Assembly (NCBI GenBank): GCA_038203635.1
Contig: JBBRDT010000003.1
Location: 22,776 to 86,775, forward strand
DNA length: 64,000 bases
DNA from: Solirubrobacterales bacterium
Lineage (GTDB): Bacteria; Actinomycetota; Thermoleophilia; Solirubrobacterales; JBBDJG01
Reading direction: 5' to 3'
Part shown: piece after piece, positions 53,413 through 63,216 of the stretch
Layout: the number at the start of each line of letters is the position of its first letter
Position numbering within the stretch: position 1 is the stretch's first letter
Notes under the pieces: generated by a model
Told to the model about the DNA's origin: nothing
Seen by the model: the letters and a program-made list of their open reading frames with translations, nothing else
Databases searched by the model: none
Translations under genes and position numbers: made by a program

Positions 53413-54237
53413 TTAGACGACGGGGTTCGCGAGCGTCCCTAGCCCGGGGGCGTCGAGCGCGACGAGGTCGCCGGGTTCGAGCCAGCGGTCACCCTCCAGC
53501 GGGCCAAGCTCCAGCAGGCACCCTTTGCCGAGCGTGCCGGATCCGATCACGTCGCCGGGACGCAGTTGCGTGTCGCGCGCGGCGTGCTCGACGATTTCCG
53601 GCCAGGTGTGGTGCTGCTTCGAGGCGTCGCTGCGCGTCAGCTCGTTGCCGTTGAGGATGACGGTCGCCTCGAGGTGCAGGCGCCCGTCTTCGTAGGGCAG
53701 CTCGTCGGGAGTGACGAGCATCGGGCCGAGGCTGGTGGCGAAGTCCTTGCCCTTGGCCGGTCCGAGTCCGACCGTCATCTCCTTGATCTGGAGGTCACGC
53801 GCGCTCCAGTCGTTGAGGAGCGTGAAGCCGGCGATCTCGTTGTCGGGTCCCATCACCGCCGCGATCTCGAGCTCGAAGTCGAGCAGCTTGCAGCCGGTGG
53901 GGCGCGCGACGTCGTCGCCGGGGCCGCGGATGCTGGCTGGATTCGAGAAGTAGAAGATCGGCTGCTCGAACCAGGCCGCGGGGATCTCGGCGCCGCGCAG
54001 CTCAAAGCCCTTTGCGACGTGCTCCTCGTAGGCGAAGAAGTCGCGGAAGGAGGGCGGGGTCGGAACGGGGGCGAGGAGGTGGACGTCCTTGAGCGGGTGG
54101 ATCGTGCCCGTGCGCACCCGGCCCTCGCCGTTGAGCCACTCGATCATGGTCTCGGCGGCGAGCCCGTGGACCTGCTCGTTCTCGAGGATTCCCACGCGCG
54201 TTGAGCGAGGGCTGTCACGGAAGGTGACGAGTCGCAT
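53413..54237 (-). CDS. Fumarylacetoacetate hydrolase family protein
   Basis: Contains FELEIAAVMG, LLNDWSARDLQ, PGDVIGSGT. I chose the ATG at 54237 (MRLVTFRD). Confidence 0.85.
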   Translation of the reverse strand: MRLVTFRDSPRSTRVGILENEQVHGLAAETMIEWLNGEGRVRTGTIHPLKDVHLLAPVPTPPSFRDFFAYEEHVAKGFELRGAEIPAAWFEQPIFYFSNPASIRGPGDDVARPTGCKLLDFELEIAAVMGPDNEIAGFTLLNDWSARDLQIKEMTVGLGPAKGKDFATSLGPMLVTPDELPYEDGRLHLEATVILNGNELTRSDASKQHHTWPEIVEHAARDTQLRPGDVIGSGTLGKGCLLELGPLEGDRWLEPGDLVALDAPGLGTLANPVV

Positions 54238-54293
54238 CGCGCCGAGGTTACCTGCCGCCCGGCCGGGCCCTCCGGTCGGGTAGCGTTTCCGGG

Positions 54294-54704
54294 GTGTTCG
54301 ACGAAGACGCTGAGATCCTCCGTGACGCTTACCGGGCATTCAACGAGGGTGGCGTCGAGGCGTTCCTGGAGCGGCTTGCCCCCGAGGTTCAGCTCCGCGA
54401 CCGCCAAAGCTCGCCGGACCGGGCGGAGACTCGTTACGGCAAAGAGGGGATCAAGGAGCTGTTCGACTCTTATATGGAGGCGTTCGACGCGCTTCGCCTC
54501 GAGCCTCAGGAGTTCATCGACGCCGGGGATCAGATCGTCGTCAGCCTGCACCAGCGCGTGCGCGGCAAGGGCAGCGGGGCCATAGTCGTGGGCAATATCG
54601 CGCACGTCTGGACCATGCGTGGCGAGGCGCCGTTCCGGCTGCGAATCTTCGGCGACAAGGAGAGTGCCCTGCGGGCGCTCAGCGGCGAAGGGGACCTGCC
54701 ATGA
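54294..54704 (+). CDS. NTF2/SnoaL-like domain protein
   Basis: Contains ILRDAYRAFNEGGVEAF ... HVWTMRGEAPFRLRIF. Its stop overlaps the kinase start (ATGA). Confidence 0.7.
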   Translation: MFDEDAEILRDAYRAFNEGGVEAFLERLAPEVQLRDRQSSPDRAETRYGKEGIKELFDSYMEAFDALRLEPQEFIDAGDQIVVSLHQRVRGKGSGAIVVGNIAHVWTMRGEAPFRLRIFGDKESALRALSGEGDLP

Positions 54705-57520
54705 CGGGCCACCACGCAACAGCAGAGCTGGCGATCGGCTCTGAGTTCGCGGGCTACCGAATCGAAGCGATAGCCGCGCGCGGGGGCATGGGCGTTGTCT
54801 ACCGCGCGATCCAGGTTGGGCTCACGCGCACGGTGGCGCTGAAGCTCGTGGCTCCGGTGTTCGCCCGCGACGCCTCATTTCGAGATCGGTTCCGGCGCGA
54901 ATGGATGATCGCCGCCTCCATCGATCACCCGAACGTCATCCCGGTATACGAGGCGGGCGACGAGGACGGAGTCCTCTATATCGCCATGCGCTGGGTGGAA
55001 GGGACGAACCTCCGCGAGACGATCGACGGCGGGCCGCCCGAGCCTGCTCATGCTGCGCGCCTCGTCTACCAGACCGGGAACGCCCTCGATGCTGCCCACG
55101 AGCGGGACCTGATCCATCGCGACGTGAAGCCCGCCAACATCCTGATCACCGGACAGGACCACGTTTACCTGAGCGACTTCGGCCTCACGAAGCACGCCAG
55201 CTCGGTCAGCGGGTTGACGCGAGCGGGCCAGTGGGTGGGCACGGTGGACTACACGGCCCCGGAGCAGATCGAAGGCGCGGCCGTGAGTCCGCGAACCGAC
55301 GTCTACTCCCTTGGCTGCGTCCTCTTCGAGGCGTTGACCGGCCGGTCCCCATACAAGCGGGAGAACGAGCTGGCAACGCTGTGGGCCCACATGTACACGC
55401 CGCCCCCGTCGGTGCGCGAGTACTCGCCGGACATTCCGGCGGCGTTCGACGAGGTCGTGCAGCGGGCGATGGCCAAGGATCCCGCCGAGCGCTACGCCTC
55501 GGCGGGCGAGCTCGGCCGTGCGGCGCAGGCAGCAGCGGGCGCGGCTCCTCCTGCGCGCGATAAGCCGCCCTCGGGATTGCCACCTGCCCGGCTGTGGCCG
55601 GGCCGCCCCGGCCGGCGAGTTCTGCTCGGCGGCGCCGGGGTGCTGCTCCTGATCGGCGCCCTCGTCGCGGTTGTGTCCTTGACCGGATCGGACAAGAAGG
55701 GGAGCGACCGCGCCACTCCCGCGTCGTCGCCTCCCTTGCGGGCTGCCTCGACATGGCGCACGCTGCCGGCCATGCCGACGGCGCGCCAGAACATGGCGGG
55801 CACGGTGCTGGACGGGACGGTCTGGGTGGTGGGCGGACTCGGCGACGGCTCCACCGGCTCACGGCGAGTCGAGGGCTACGACCCCGTGATCAACGCCTGG
55901 AAGGCCGCTCCCAACCTGCCGGTGCGGCTGCACCACGAGATGGTCGTGACCTACAAGGGCGAGCTCGTCGTGATGGGCGGCTGGATTCCCGAGGGCTCGG
56001 ATCAAAGCGCCGTGGAGTCCGATCGCGTGTTTGCGCTGCGCGACGGCAAGTGGGCGCAGCTGCCCTCGCTGCGCCGCCCGCGCGTCGCGGGCGCGGCGGC
56101 GGTGGTCGGCGATCGGATCGTCGTCGCCGGCGGCCAGGCCGCCGGCAAGCTGATCGACACCACGGAGGTGTTCGACGGCAAGCAGTGGAGCAGCGCGGCG
56201 AACATCCCGACCCCGCGCGAGCACACCGCAGCGGTCTCCGACGGCGACTACGTCTACGTGGTCGGCGGACGCGCGCTGTCGCCCGACAAGAACTCCGCGG
56301 CGCTCGAGCGCTACGACCCGGCCACCGATCGCTGGCAGCGCCTGCCCGACATGCCGACCGCCCGGGGCGGGCTCGGCGTCGGCGCCGCGGACGGCCACCT
56401 GTTCGCCGTCGGCGGCGAGAGCCCGACGCGCGCGTTGGGCGCGGTCGAGTCCTACAACGTCGCGCGCAAGGCCTGGTCCAGCGCCCCGCCGATGCGCACC
56501 GCCAGGCACGGGCTGGTCGTGGCCACGATTGGCCACTCGCTCTTTGCGCTCGGCGGCGCCCCGCACCCCGGGCACGCCAGCGCAGTGAGGACTGCGGAGG
56601 TCACCAGCTTGGTGCCTGCTGGTCGCGCCGGCGCAGGTAACGCCGGCGGCGCGTGGCGCCGCCTGCCTCCGATGCCGACAGCGCGCCAGAACATGGCGGG
56701 CGCGGTGCTGGACGGCACGATCTGGGTGGTGGGCGGACTCGGCGCCGGCTCGATCGCCTCACGGCGAGTCGAGGGCTACGACCCCGTGATCAACGGCTGG
56801 AAGAGCGCTCCCTCTCTGCCGGTGCGGCTGCACCACGAGATGGTCGTGACCTACAAGGAGGAGGTCGTCGTGATCGGCGGCTGGATCCCCGAGGGCTCCG
56901 ATCAAAGCGCGCGGGAATCCAACCGCGTGTTCGCGCTGCGCGACGGACGCTGGACGCAGCTGCCCTCCCTGAGCCGGCCGCGCGTGGCGGGGGCGGCCGC
57001 CGTGGTCGGTGATCGGATCGTGGTCACGGGCGGCCAGGCCGGCGGGAAGCTGGTCGACACCACCGAGGTCTTCGACGGCAAGCATTGGACGAGCGCAGCG
57101 AGCATCCCGACTCCGCGCGAGCACACCGCAGCGGTCTCGGACGGGCACTACGTCTACGTGGTCGGCGGCCGCGCGCTGTCGCCCGACAAGAACTCCGCGG
57201 CGCTCGAGCGCTACGACCCCAACGCCGATCGCTGGCAGCAACTCCCCGACATGCCGACCGCCCGAGGCGGGCTCGGGGCCGCGATCGTGGGCGGCCATCT
57301 GTTCGCCGTCGGCGGTGAGACCTCCACGCGCGCACTGGGCGCTGTGGAGTCCTACGACATCGCCCGCAAGGCCTGGTCCAGCGCCCCGCGGATGCGCACC
57401 CCCAGGCACGGGATCGCCGTGGCCGCGGTGGGCCGCTCCCTCTATGCGCTCGGCGGCGCACCCCACCCCGGGCACGCCAGCGCCACGGGGACTGCGGAGG
57501 TCATCGGCCTTACTCGCTGA
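54701..57520 (+). CDS. Transmembrane Hanks-type Ser/Thr protein kinase with two extracytoplasmic Kelch-repeat beta-propellers
   Basis: Kinase motifs GGMGVVYRA, ALK, HRDVKPANILI, DFGLTK, APEQ. A Pro-rich linker and one TM span (VLLGGAGVLLLIGALVAVV) follow. Then two roughly 286-aa modules built of repeated (V/I)VGG...YDP...W units. Confidence 0.9.
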   Translation: MTGHHATAELAIGSEFAGYRIEAIAARGGMGVVYRAIQVGLTRTVALKLVAPVFARDASFRDRFRREWMIAASIDHPNVIPVYEAGDEDGVLYIAMRWVEGTNLRETIDGGPPEPAHAARLVYQTGNALDAAHERDLIHRDVKPANILITGQDHVYLSDFGLTKHASSVSGLTRAGQWVGTVDYTAPEQIEGAAVSPRTDVYSLGCVLFEALTGRSPYKRENELATLWAHMYTPPPSVREYSPDIPAAFDEVVQRAMAKDPAERYASAGELGRAAQAAAGAAPPARDKPPSGLPPARLWPGRPGRRVLLGGAGVLLLIGALVAVVSLTGSDKKGSDRATPASSPPLRAASTWRTLPAMPTARQNMAGTVLDGTVWVVGGLGDGSTGSRRVEGYDPVINAWKAAPNLPVRLHHEMVVTYKGELVVMGGWIPEGSDQSAVESDRVFALRDGKWAQLPSLRRPRVAGAAAVVGDRIVVAGGQAAGKLIDTTEVFDGKQWSSAANIPTPREHTAAVSDGDYVYVVGGRALSPDKNSAALERYDPATDRWQRLPDMPTARGGLGVGAADGHLFAVGGESPTRALGAVESYNVARKAWSSAPPMRTARHGLVVATIGHSLFALGGAPHPGHASAVRTAEVTSLVPAGRAGAGNAGGAWRRLPPMPTARQNMAGAVLDGTIWVVGGLGAGSIASRRVEGYDPVINGWKSAPSLPVRLHHEMVVTYKEEVVVIGGWIPEGSDQSARESNRVFALRDGRWTQLPSLSRPRVAGAAAVVGDRIVVTGGQAGGKLVDTTEVFDGKHWTSAASIPTPREHTAAVSDGHYVYVVGGRALSPDKNSAALERYDPNADRWQQLPDMPTARGGLGAAIVGGHLFAVGGETSTRALGAVESYDIARKAWSSAPRMRTPRHGIAVAAVGRSLYALGGAPHPGHASATGTAEVIGLTR
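55754..57513 (+). repeat. Intragenic tandem duplication with an exact 900-nt period (two Kelch-propeller modules)
   Basis: TGGCGC..CTGCC...ATGCCGAC.GCGCGCCAGAACATGGCGGG starts at 55754 and again at 56654. My manual protein alignment gives about 49 substitutions and no indels over about 286 aa. Confidence 0.9.
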
Positions 57521-57604
57521 GCCCCGGCCGCGCGAAGCGGTTTGTGCCGGACCCCCTCCGGGTAATGAAGGGTCGTTCAGCAACTCTGCGTCGGAGGGGA
57601 TGAA

Positions 57605-59140
57605 GTGGGGAACCTATTGGGGAAGCTCGTGATGGCGGCTACGGTCCTGGGCTTGGTGGCCTGCCCGCAGTTCGCGGCGGCACAGACGACTTCGCAGCAG
57701 CCGTATCTGGTGGGCGCGGCAAAGCGCTCCATCAACCCGGCCCCAGACGGCAAGTTCGCCCGCAAGCCGGTCTATCTCGGCGGGTACGGCATCGGTGGCG
57801 GCAGCCCGGTGCTTGCCGGCCGTCCGGCCACGGGCATCCTCGGCAAGGGGCTGAAGGTGCGCGCCTTCGCCGTGTCCGACGGCGACTCCTCGTTCGCGAT
57901 CGCCGACATCGAGGCGCAGGGCTGGTTCGTCGCCATGAAGAACGGGCCCTACGGGCTGCTCGACATGCGCAAGCAGGTTGAGCAGCGCACGGCCGGCACG
58001 CTGCGCGCGGAGGACGTCGTGATCCAGAGCGACCACAGCCACTCCGGGCCGGACGCGCTCGGCGTGTGGGGCGGGGTGCCCGATGAGTACCTGCGCTACG
58101 TCGCGCAGCAGACCGTCGACGCGATCGTGGAGGCCTACGCCTCCATGGCCCCGGGCAAGCTCTACTACGGCACGGCGCCGGGCCGCGACCTGCTGTCGAA
58201 CCAGTTCGACTACGACGAGGCCAACAAGGTCGTCGACTCCGACGTGCGCGTGCTGCAGGCGCGCGACGCCAACGACAAGCCGTTCGTCACGCTGCTGAAC
58301 TTCTCCGCGCACACGACCGTGCTCGGCTCGTCGAACACGAAGGTTTCGGGTGACTGGGTCCAGGCCGCGAACCCGCTGCTGGAGCAGCGCTTTGGCGGCA
58401 AGGCCGTGACCGTGGTCGGGACGCTCGGGCGCACGCAGCCGGGCGACCGCGGGTGCACGGACCCGACCGCCGTCGGCGAGGACGCACAGAACCTCTGCAA
58501 GCTCGACGACTACGCGGGGCGGGTGGTCGACCGGGCCGCGGACGCGGTGGCGAATGCGCAGCCGCTGGGCGGTGACCCGGTCGTGTCTGCGCGGTCGTAC
58601 CTGGTCCAGGATCCCGGGACGAACGCGCCGATCCTCGGGCTCCAGTACGTGGGTGGCGCCATCGGCGCGCCCCTGACCCGCTCGATGTCGGCGCCATGGC
58701 TGACCGGCAACGTGCTCGGCACGGTCACGGCGACCGCGCGGATCGGCGACGTGCTGCTGTCGGCCGGGCCGGGGGAGATGTATCCGCAGATCGCGTTGAA
58801 GGTCGCCGAGCTCGTCGGTGCGCGGGGCCACATGACCGCCGGGCTCGCCGGCGATCAGCTCGGCTACCTGATCGCTCCGTACCAGTCGTATCCGGAGCCG
58901 GTGCGGCGCTCGTTCTTCAACTACGAAGGTGACGAGGTCTCGCCGATCGACAACGACAACTACTTCTTCAATGTGTCCCACACGATGGGCGACCGCGTGA
59001 CGTGCTCGCTGCTGCGTGGTGCGGGTGAGACGGCGGGTGGCGGCACGCAGTACCGGGACCAGTACCAGCCGTGTGCGCTGTTCGCCAACGACCTGCTGAA
59101 GTCGCACGGGGCGGACGCCGCGGCGCCAAGCGGAGGCTAG
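57605..59140 (+). CDS. Secreted neutral/alkaline-ceramidase-like hydrolase
   Basis: Signal peptide. VGAAKRSINP, VRAFAV, SDHSHSGP, GKLYYG, LNFSAHTT run parallel to the conserved N-terminal-domain blocks of neutral ceramidases. GGAGGGG precedes the GTG. Confidence 0.6.
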   Translation: MGNLLGKLVMAATVLGLVACPQFAAAQTTSQQPYLVGAAKRSINPAPDGKFARKPVYLGGYGIGGGSPVLAGRPATGILGKGLKVRAFAVSDGDSSFAIADIEAQGWFVAMKNGPYGLLDMRKQVEQRTAGTLRAEDVVIQSDHSHSGPDALGVWGGVPDEYLRYVAQQTVDAIVEAYASMAPGKLYYGTAPGRDLLSNQFDYDEANKVVDSDVRVLQARDANDKPFVTLLNFSAHTTVLGSSNTKVSGDWVQAANPLLEQRFGGKAVTVVGTLGRTQPGDRGCTDPTAVGEDAQNLCKLDDYAGRVVDRAADAVANAQPLGGDPVVSARSYLVQDPGTNAPILGLQYVGGAIGAPLTRSMSAPWLTGNVLGTVTATARIGDVLLSAGPGEMYPQIALKVAELVGARGHMTAGLAGDQLGYLIAPYQSYPEPVRRSFFNYEGDEVSPIDNDNYFFNVSHTMGDRVTCSLLRGAGETAGGGTQYRDQYQPCALFANDLLKSHGADAAAPSGG

Positions 59141-61368
59141 CGCTGAAACGTCTGGTCGCAATCGCCGGCGCGTTGCTCGCCCTCGGCGCCGCGCCCGCTG
59201 CGCACGCAGAGGTCTACAGCGACGGCCCGGTCCTGGCGCGGGTCCAGCCGACCTGGGTCGAGTTGAGCAACACGCAGGGCAGCCGCCGCTGGACACGGGC
59301 CCCGTTCCGGACGGAGTCCCTCGTGGATCGTCGCGCCGGCGGTCGGCGCTGGAGCACCGGATCGCGTGACTTCGAGTTGTCGGTCGCGGGGGTAACGCTG
59401 GGCAGCGAGGCGTTCTCGGTCGGGTCGGTGAGCGTCACGAAGCTCGCGCGGCGCGGCCTGCGCGTGTCGATGCGGCTGGCAGCGCCGCTGAAGCTCCCCG
59501 GCGTTGTGGTGACGCGGATCGCGGAGGCATATCCCGGCGTGGCGGGCTTTCGCACCCAGACGGTGATCGAGTCGGCCGCGCCGCTGGTGCTGTCGCGCGC
59601 GACGCTCGACGAGGCGGCGCCGCCTGGGGCGATTACTCCGACGATCCATGCCTTCCGCGCCGGAGCGGACTGGCGCGAGCCCGGTTATGCGGGCCCGCCC
59701 TTCACGGTCGGCGATCCGCACCCGGGCACCTGGCGCGAGTCACACACGGCCGGTGCGGGGGAGCCGCTGGCGGGCAACGGCGAATGGATCTCGCTGGCCG
59801 ACGGCGAGCGCAGCGCGTTCATGGTCATGGAGCGCAACGACCTGCCCTCCTCGCGGGTGGCCTTTGACGGTCTTGCCGGCAGCGCCGTCGTGGACTTCAC
59901 CCGCGACGTGCTGAGCCTCGGGCCGTTCGAGGAGCAGGGCCACGTCGAGAACCCGGGCGACGGCCCGGCGCGGGTGCGAGTCGTGCGGCCGGGCGAGCCG
60001 TTCGCGCTGCCCGCGGTGTTCACCGGCTTCGGCCAGTACGAGGGCGACGAGCCGTGGCAGTTCCACAAGTATCTGGTCAAGCATCTCGTGCTGCCGTACG
60101 AGCACGCGGTCGCGTTCAACTCCAACGGCGTGGACGGCAACGTGATCTCGACCGGCGCCAAGGACGACATGGACTACGCGACCGTTCAGCAGATCGCACC
60201 GATCGCGCGGCGCATGGGCATCGACACGTTCATCCTCGACGACGGCTGGCAGGCGCGCTCCGGCGACTGGCAGCCCGACTCGCCGCAGTTCCCCGAGCCG
60301 CGCTGGGACGGCAGCCCGGACTCGAAGTTCAAGCCGCGGTTCCCGGATGCGACGTTCAGCGCGGTGCGCGACGCGATCGCGCCGATGAAGCTCGGCCTGT
60401 GGATGAGCCCCACGTTCTTCAACCCGTCGTCGGAGACGTTCGCGCAGCACCCGGAGTGGGAGTGCCGGCCGGTGGGCGACGCGCTCGTCGCGGCGAACCG
60501 GGCCGACCCCGACGGCGGCTCGAACGAGGCCGGGCTCGGTCCCTGGGGACCGGCCGCGCTGCCGCACGTCGAGGCTCGGATCCGCGAGGCGATCGAGGCC
60601 TGGGGAACGCGCTACTTCAAGTTCGACTTCCTGGTCTGGCTCGACTGCCTCGAGGGCCCGGACGGCGCGCGCGACATGTACGAGTTCCACGACGCGTTCG
60701 TGTCGATGCTCGACCGGCTGCGCGCCGACCACCCGGACGTGACGTTCGAGATCGACGAGACGAACGACTACCGCCTGTTCCCGTTCGAGTCGGTCACGCG
60801 CGGGCCGTCGTGGTTCCAGAACGGCGGGCCGGACGTCGCACACATGCTGCACAACCTGTGGAACCTCAGCCCGTGGATCCCGTCGTTCTCGCTCGGGCAG
60901 AACGCGCTCGCGAACGAGGACTTCGCCGGCCAGTCCGTGGACACGCTGATGGCGGCCGCGCTCTTGTCGCACATCACGTTCTTCCACGACCCGCGCACGC
61001 TGCCGGACGCGGTTGTTGATCGTGTGGGTGTTTGGACCGCGTTCTACAAGGCGCACCGTGGGGAGCTGGGCGGTGTGGTTTATCCGCTGCTGGGCGATCC
61101 GCTGGAGCGGGGCTGGACCGCCCTGCAGGCGTGGAACCCGGAGGCGGGGAAGGGCGCGTTGCTGGCGTTCCGGCAGGGGTCCGGGGAGGAGTCGCGGCGG
61201 ATCGCGCTGGAGAACGTGCCGGCGGGGCGGTCGTTCACGCTGACGTCGGCGCCAGATGGTGCGGTGGTTGGGACCGTTACGTCCGAGGAGCTTCAGGCCG
61301 GGATCGACGTTCGCATCCCGCAGAGCCAGGGCGCGCAGGTCTTATTGATCACGGAGGTAGCTCGTTGA
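59071..61368 (+). CDS. Secreted GH36/melibiase-like glycoside hydrolase (putative alpha-galactosidase) with a Tat-like signal
   Basis: Contains FILDDGWQARSGDW, LGLWMSP, YFKFDF, FEIDETND. N-terminal RRLALK precedes a hydrophobic h-region and AHA. The only canonical in-frame start upstream of the twin-Arg is GTG at 59071, overlapping the upstream gene by 70 nt. Confidence 0.55.
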   Translation: MCAVRQRPAEVARGGRRGAKRRLALKRLVAIAGALLALGAAPAAHAEVYSDGPVLARVQPTWVELSNTQGSRRWTRAPFRTESLVDRRAGGRRWSTGSRDFELSVAGVTLGSEAFSVGSVSVTKLARRGLRVSMRLAAPLKLPGVVVTRIAEAYPGVAGFRTQTVIESAAPLVLSRATLDEAAPPGAITPTIHAFRAGADWREPGYAGPPFTVGDPHPGTWRESHTAGAGEPLAGNGEWISLADGERSAFMVMERNDLPSSRVAFDGLAGSAVVDFTRDVLSLGPFEEQGHVENPGDGPARVRVVRPGEPFALPAVFTGFGQYEGDEPWQFHKYLVKHLVLPYEHAVAFNSNGVDGNVISTGAKDDMDYATVQQIAPIARRMGIDTFILDDGWQARSGDWQPDSPQFPEPRWDGSPDSKFKPRFPDATFSAVRDAIAPMKLGLWMSPTFFNPSSETFAQHPEWECRPVGDALVAANRADPDGGSNEAGLGPWGPAALPHVEARIREAIEAWGTRYFKFDFLVWLDCLEGPDGARDMYEFHDAFVSMLDRLRADHPDVTFEIDETNDYRLFPFESVTRGPSWFQNGGPDVAHMLHNLWNLSPWIPSFSLGQNALANEDFAGQSVDTLMAAALLSHITFFHDPRTLPDAVVDRVGVWTAFYKAHRGELGGVVYPLLGDPLERGWTALQAWNPEAGKGALLAFRQGSGEESRRIALENVPAGRSFTLTSAPDGAVVGTVTSEELQAGIDVRIPQSQGAQVLLITEVAR

Positions 61369-63110
61369 TGCGTCGGGTTCGCGAGAAGCTGCGGCCGCTG
61401 GTGATTGGTGCCATCGCCGGCGCGCTGCTCGCCGGCGTTCCCGCGCAGTCGGACGCTGCGTCCGGCGTCAGCTCCTACAGCGTCCCGGTGACAACGCCGG
61501 ACACGCTGGGAGCGCCGGTCAGCCTGGACACCGACTTGTACGTTCCCGACGGCACGCCGCCGCGCGCCGGCTTCCCGCTGCTCGAGATATTCCACGGCGG
61601 CGGCTCGACCAAGGACAACCCCTACGACGCGGCGCACGCACGCAGCTTCGCCGACGGCGGGTATGTGGTGCTCAGCTACTCGGCCCGCGGTCACGGAAAC
61701 TCCGGCGGGCAGACGACGGTCGCGGGGCCGGCCGAGATCCGCGACCTCTTCGACGTGACCGCGTGGGCGCTCGGGATCGGCGGCCGCGCTAGTCCGGCCC
61801 ATCCGGACTTCCACATCGACCGCGCGCGGATCGCTCTGGCCGGGTATTCGCAGGGCGGCCTGCACACGAACCTCGGCCAGGTGTGGAGCAACGACGCGTC
61901 GGTCGATCCTTACGGGATCTCGTTCCGCGCCCTCGAGCCTGGGAACACGCCCGACCTCGTCTTCCAGGCGCTCGTGCCAAACAACGTGCTGAAGCTCTCG
62001 TTCGGGGTGGGCCTGATCGGGACCTACCTCGGCGGCTCCACGACGGGAAGGATCGCGCCCGTCGTCGACAAGTGGATCGCCACCGCGGCCGCGGATGCGC
62101 CTCAGCTCTACGGGTCCGGGGACCTCTGCGACCGATCGACGCACGACACGGCGACGAGCACGATGAAGCAGGACCTTGCCTGGCGCTCGGTCGGCTGTCA
62201 GCCGGAGCGCCTCGGGCTGCCCTGGCCATGGGCACAGGCATTCGATGACGGCCTCTTCGCGCCCGACATGGCGATCTCGATGTGGCGCCGCGCGCCGAGC
62301 CGCGCGCAGCATCGCCTCTATCTGTCGATGGGCGGCCACGCCGCGCCCGCCGCGGACCAGTCGGTCGAGCAGGACAAGCTCGACACGCAGCGCCGCTTCC
62401 TCGATGCGGTCATGCAGCGAAAGGCGCTCCCCGGACCGAACGTCGTCTACTGGACGCGGGATCCCACGATCGCGGTTCCTGGCAACTCGTACGCGTACCC
62501 GCCCGGCGCGTGGCGCCGGCAGACCGCGGACAGCTGGCCGCCGGCGAAGGTCGCGGATGCGACGTATCGCCTCGGCGCCGACGGCAGCGCGACGCAGGGC
62601 TCCGCGAGCAGCGGGGTGACGTACCTCTCGCCGCTCACAGAGGATGAGCGCAACGATCCGGTCGCAGCGGCTGCGCTCTCGGGAACGCCACTCGGCACGT
62701 CGCCGCTGTCGTCCGTGCCGGCCACGAGCCTGCCCGGCTTCATCGCGAGCTTCCGCACGGCCCCGTTCTCCGCGGAGAAAGAGCTGAGCGGCGCGCCGTT
62801 CGTGAATCTGAGTTGGACACCCGCGGCCACCGACTCGCAGCTGGTGCTCGAGCTGTTCGACGAGGCCCCTTCCGGGAACCTCACGTTGTTCAGCCGAGGC
62901 GTTCAGGGACTCCGCGGCGCTCAGCCCGGACTGGAGCGGCAGGTACGCGTCGACGGCAGCATCCGGATTCCGGCGGGCCATCGGGTGCGCGCCTGGGTGA
63001 TGGCTGGGAACGAGGCCTCCTACAAGCCCTATCCCACCTCGGCGGGCGGCGTCCTGCGCATGGGCGACGCTTCGACGCTCGGGCTGCCGCTGCGCTCGCC
63101 GCGACGCTAG
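61368..63110 (+). CDS. Secreted alpha/beta hydrolase, CocE/NonD (S15 X-Pro dipeptidyl-peptidase-like) family
   Basis: Signal peptide. LLEIFHGGG, SYSARGHGNSGG, nucleophile elbow GYSQGG, and a C-terminal beta-sandwich-length extension. The ATG overlaps the upstream stop (TGATG). Confidence 0.7.
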   Translation: MRRVREKLRPLVIGAIAGALLAGVPAQSDAASGVSSYSVPVTTPDTLGAPVSLDTDLYVPDGTPPRAGFPLLEIFHGGGSTKDNPYDAAHARSFADGGYVVLSYSARGHGNSGGQTTVAGPAEIRDLFDVTAWALGIGGRASPAHPDFHIDRARIALAGYSQGGLHTNLGQVWSNDASVDPYGISFRALEPGNTPDLVFQALVPNNVLKLSFGVGLIGTYLGGSTTGRIAPVVDKWIATAAADAPQLYGSGDLCDRSTHDTATSTMKQDLAWRSVGCQPERLGLPWPWAQAFDDGLFAPDMAISMWRRAPSRAQHRLYLSMGGHAAPAADQSVEQDKLDTQRRFLDAVMQRKALPGPNVVYWTRDPTIAVPGNSYAYPPGAWRRQTADSWPPAKVADATYRLGADGSATQGSASSGVTYLSPLTEDERNDPVAAAALSGTPLGTSPLSSVPATSLPGFIASFRTAPFSAEKELSGAPFVNLSWTPAATDSQLVLELFDEAPSGNLTLFSRGVQGLRGAQPGLERQVRVDGSIRIPAGHRVRAWVMAGNEASYKPYPTSAGGVLRMGDASTLGLPLRSPRR

Positions 63111-63216
63111 AGCGGCACCGGAGCGACGCTGCTGCTCCGCGGCCGCGGCGACGCGCGCAGTCAGGCGGCGATCGAGGAGGTTGGAGCGAGCGAGTCGGTG
63201 ACGTAGCTGCCGCGTT

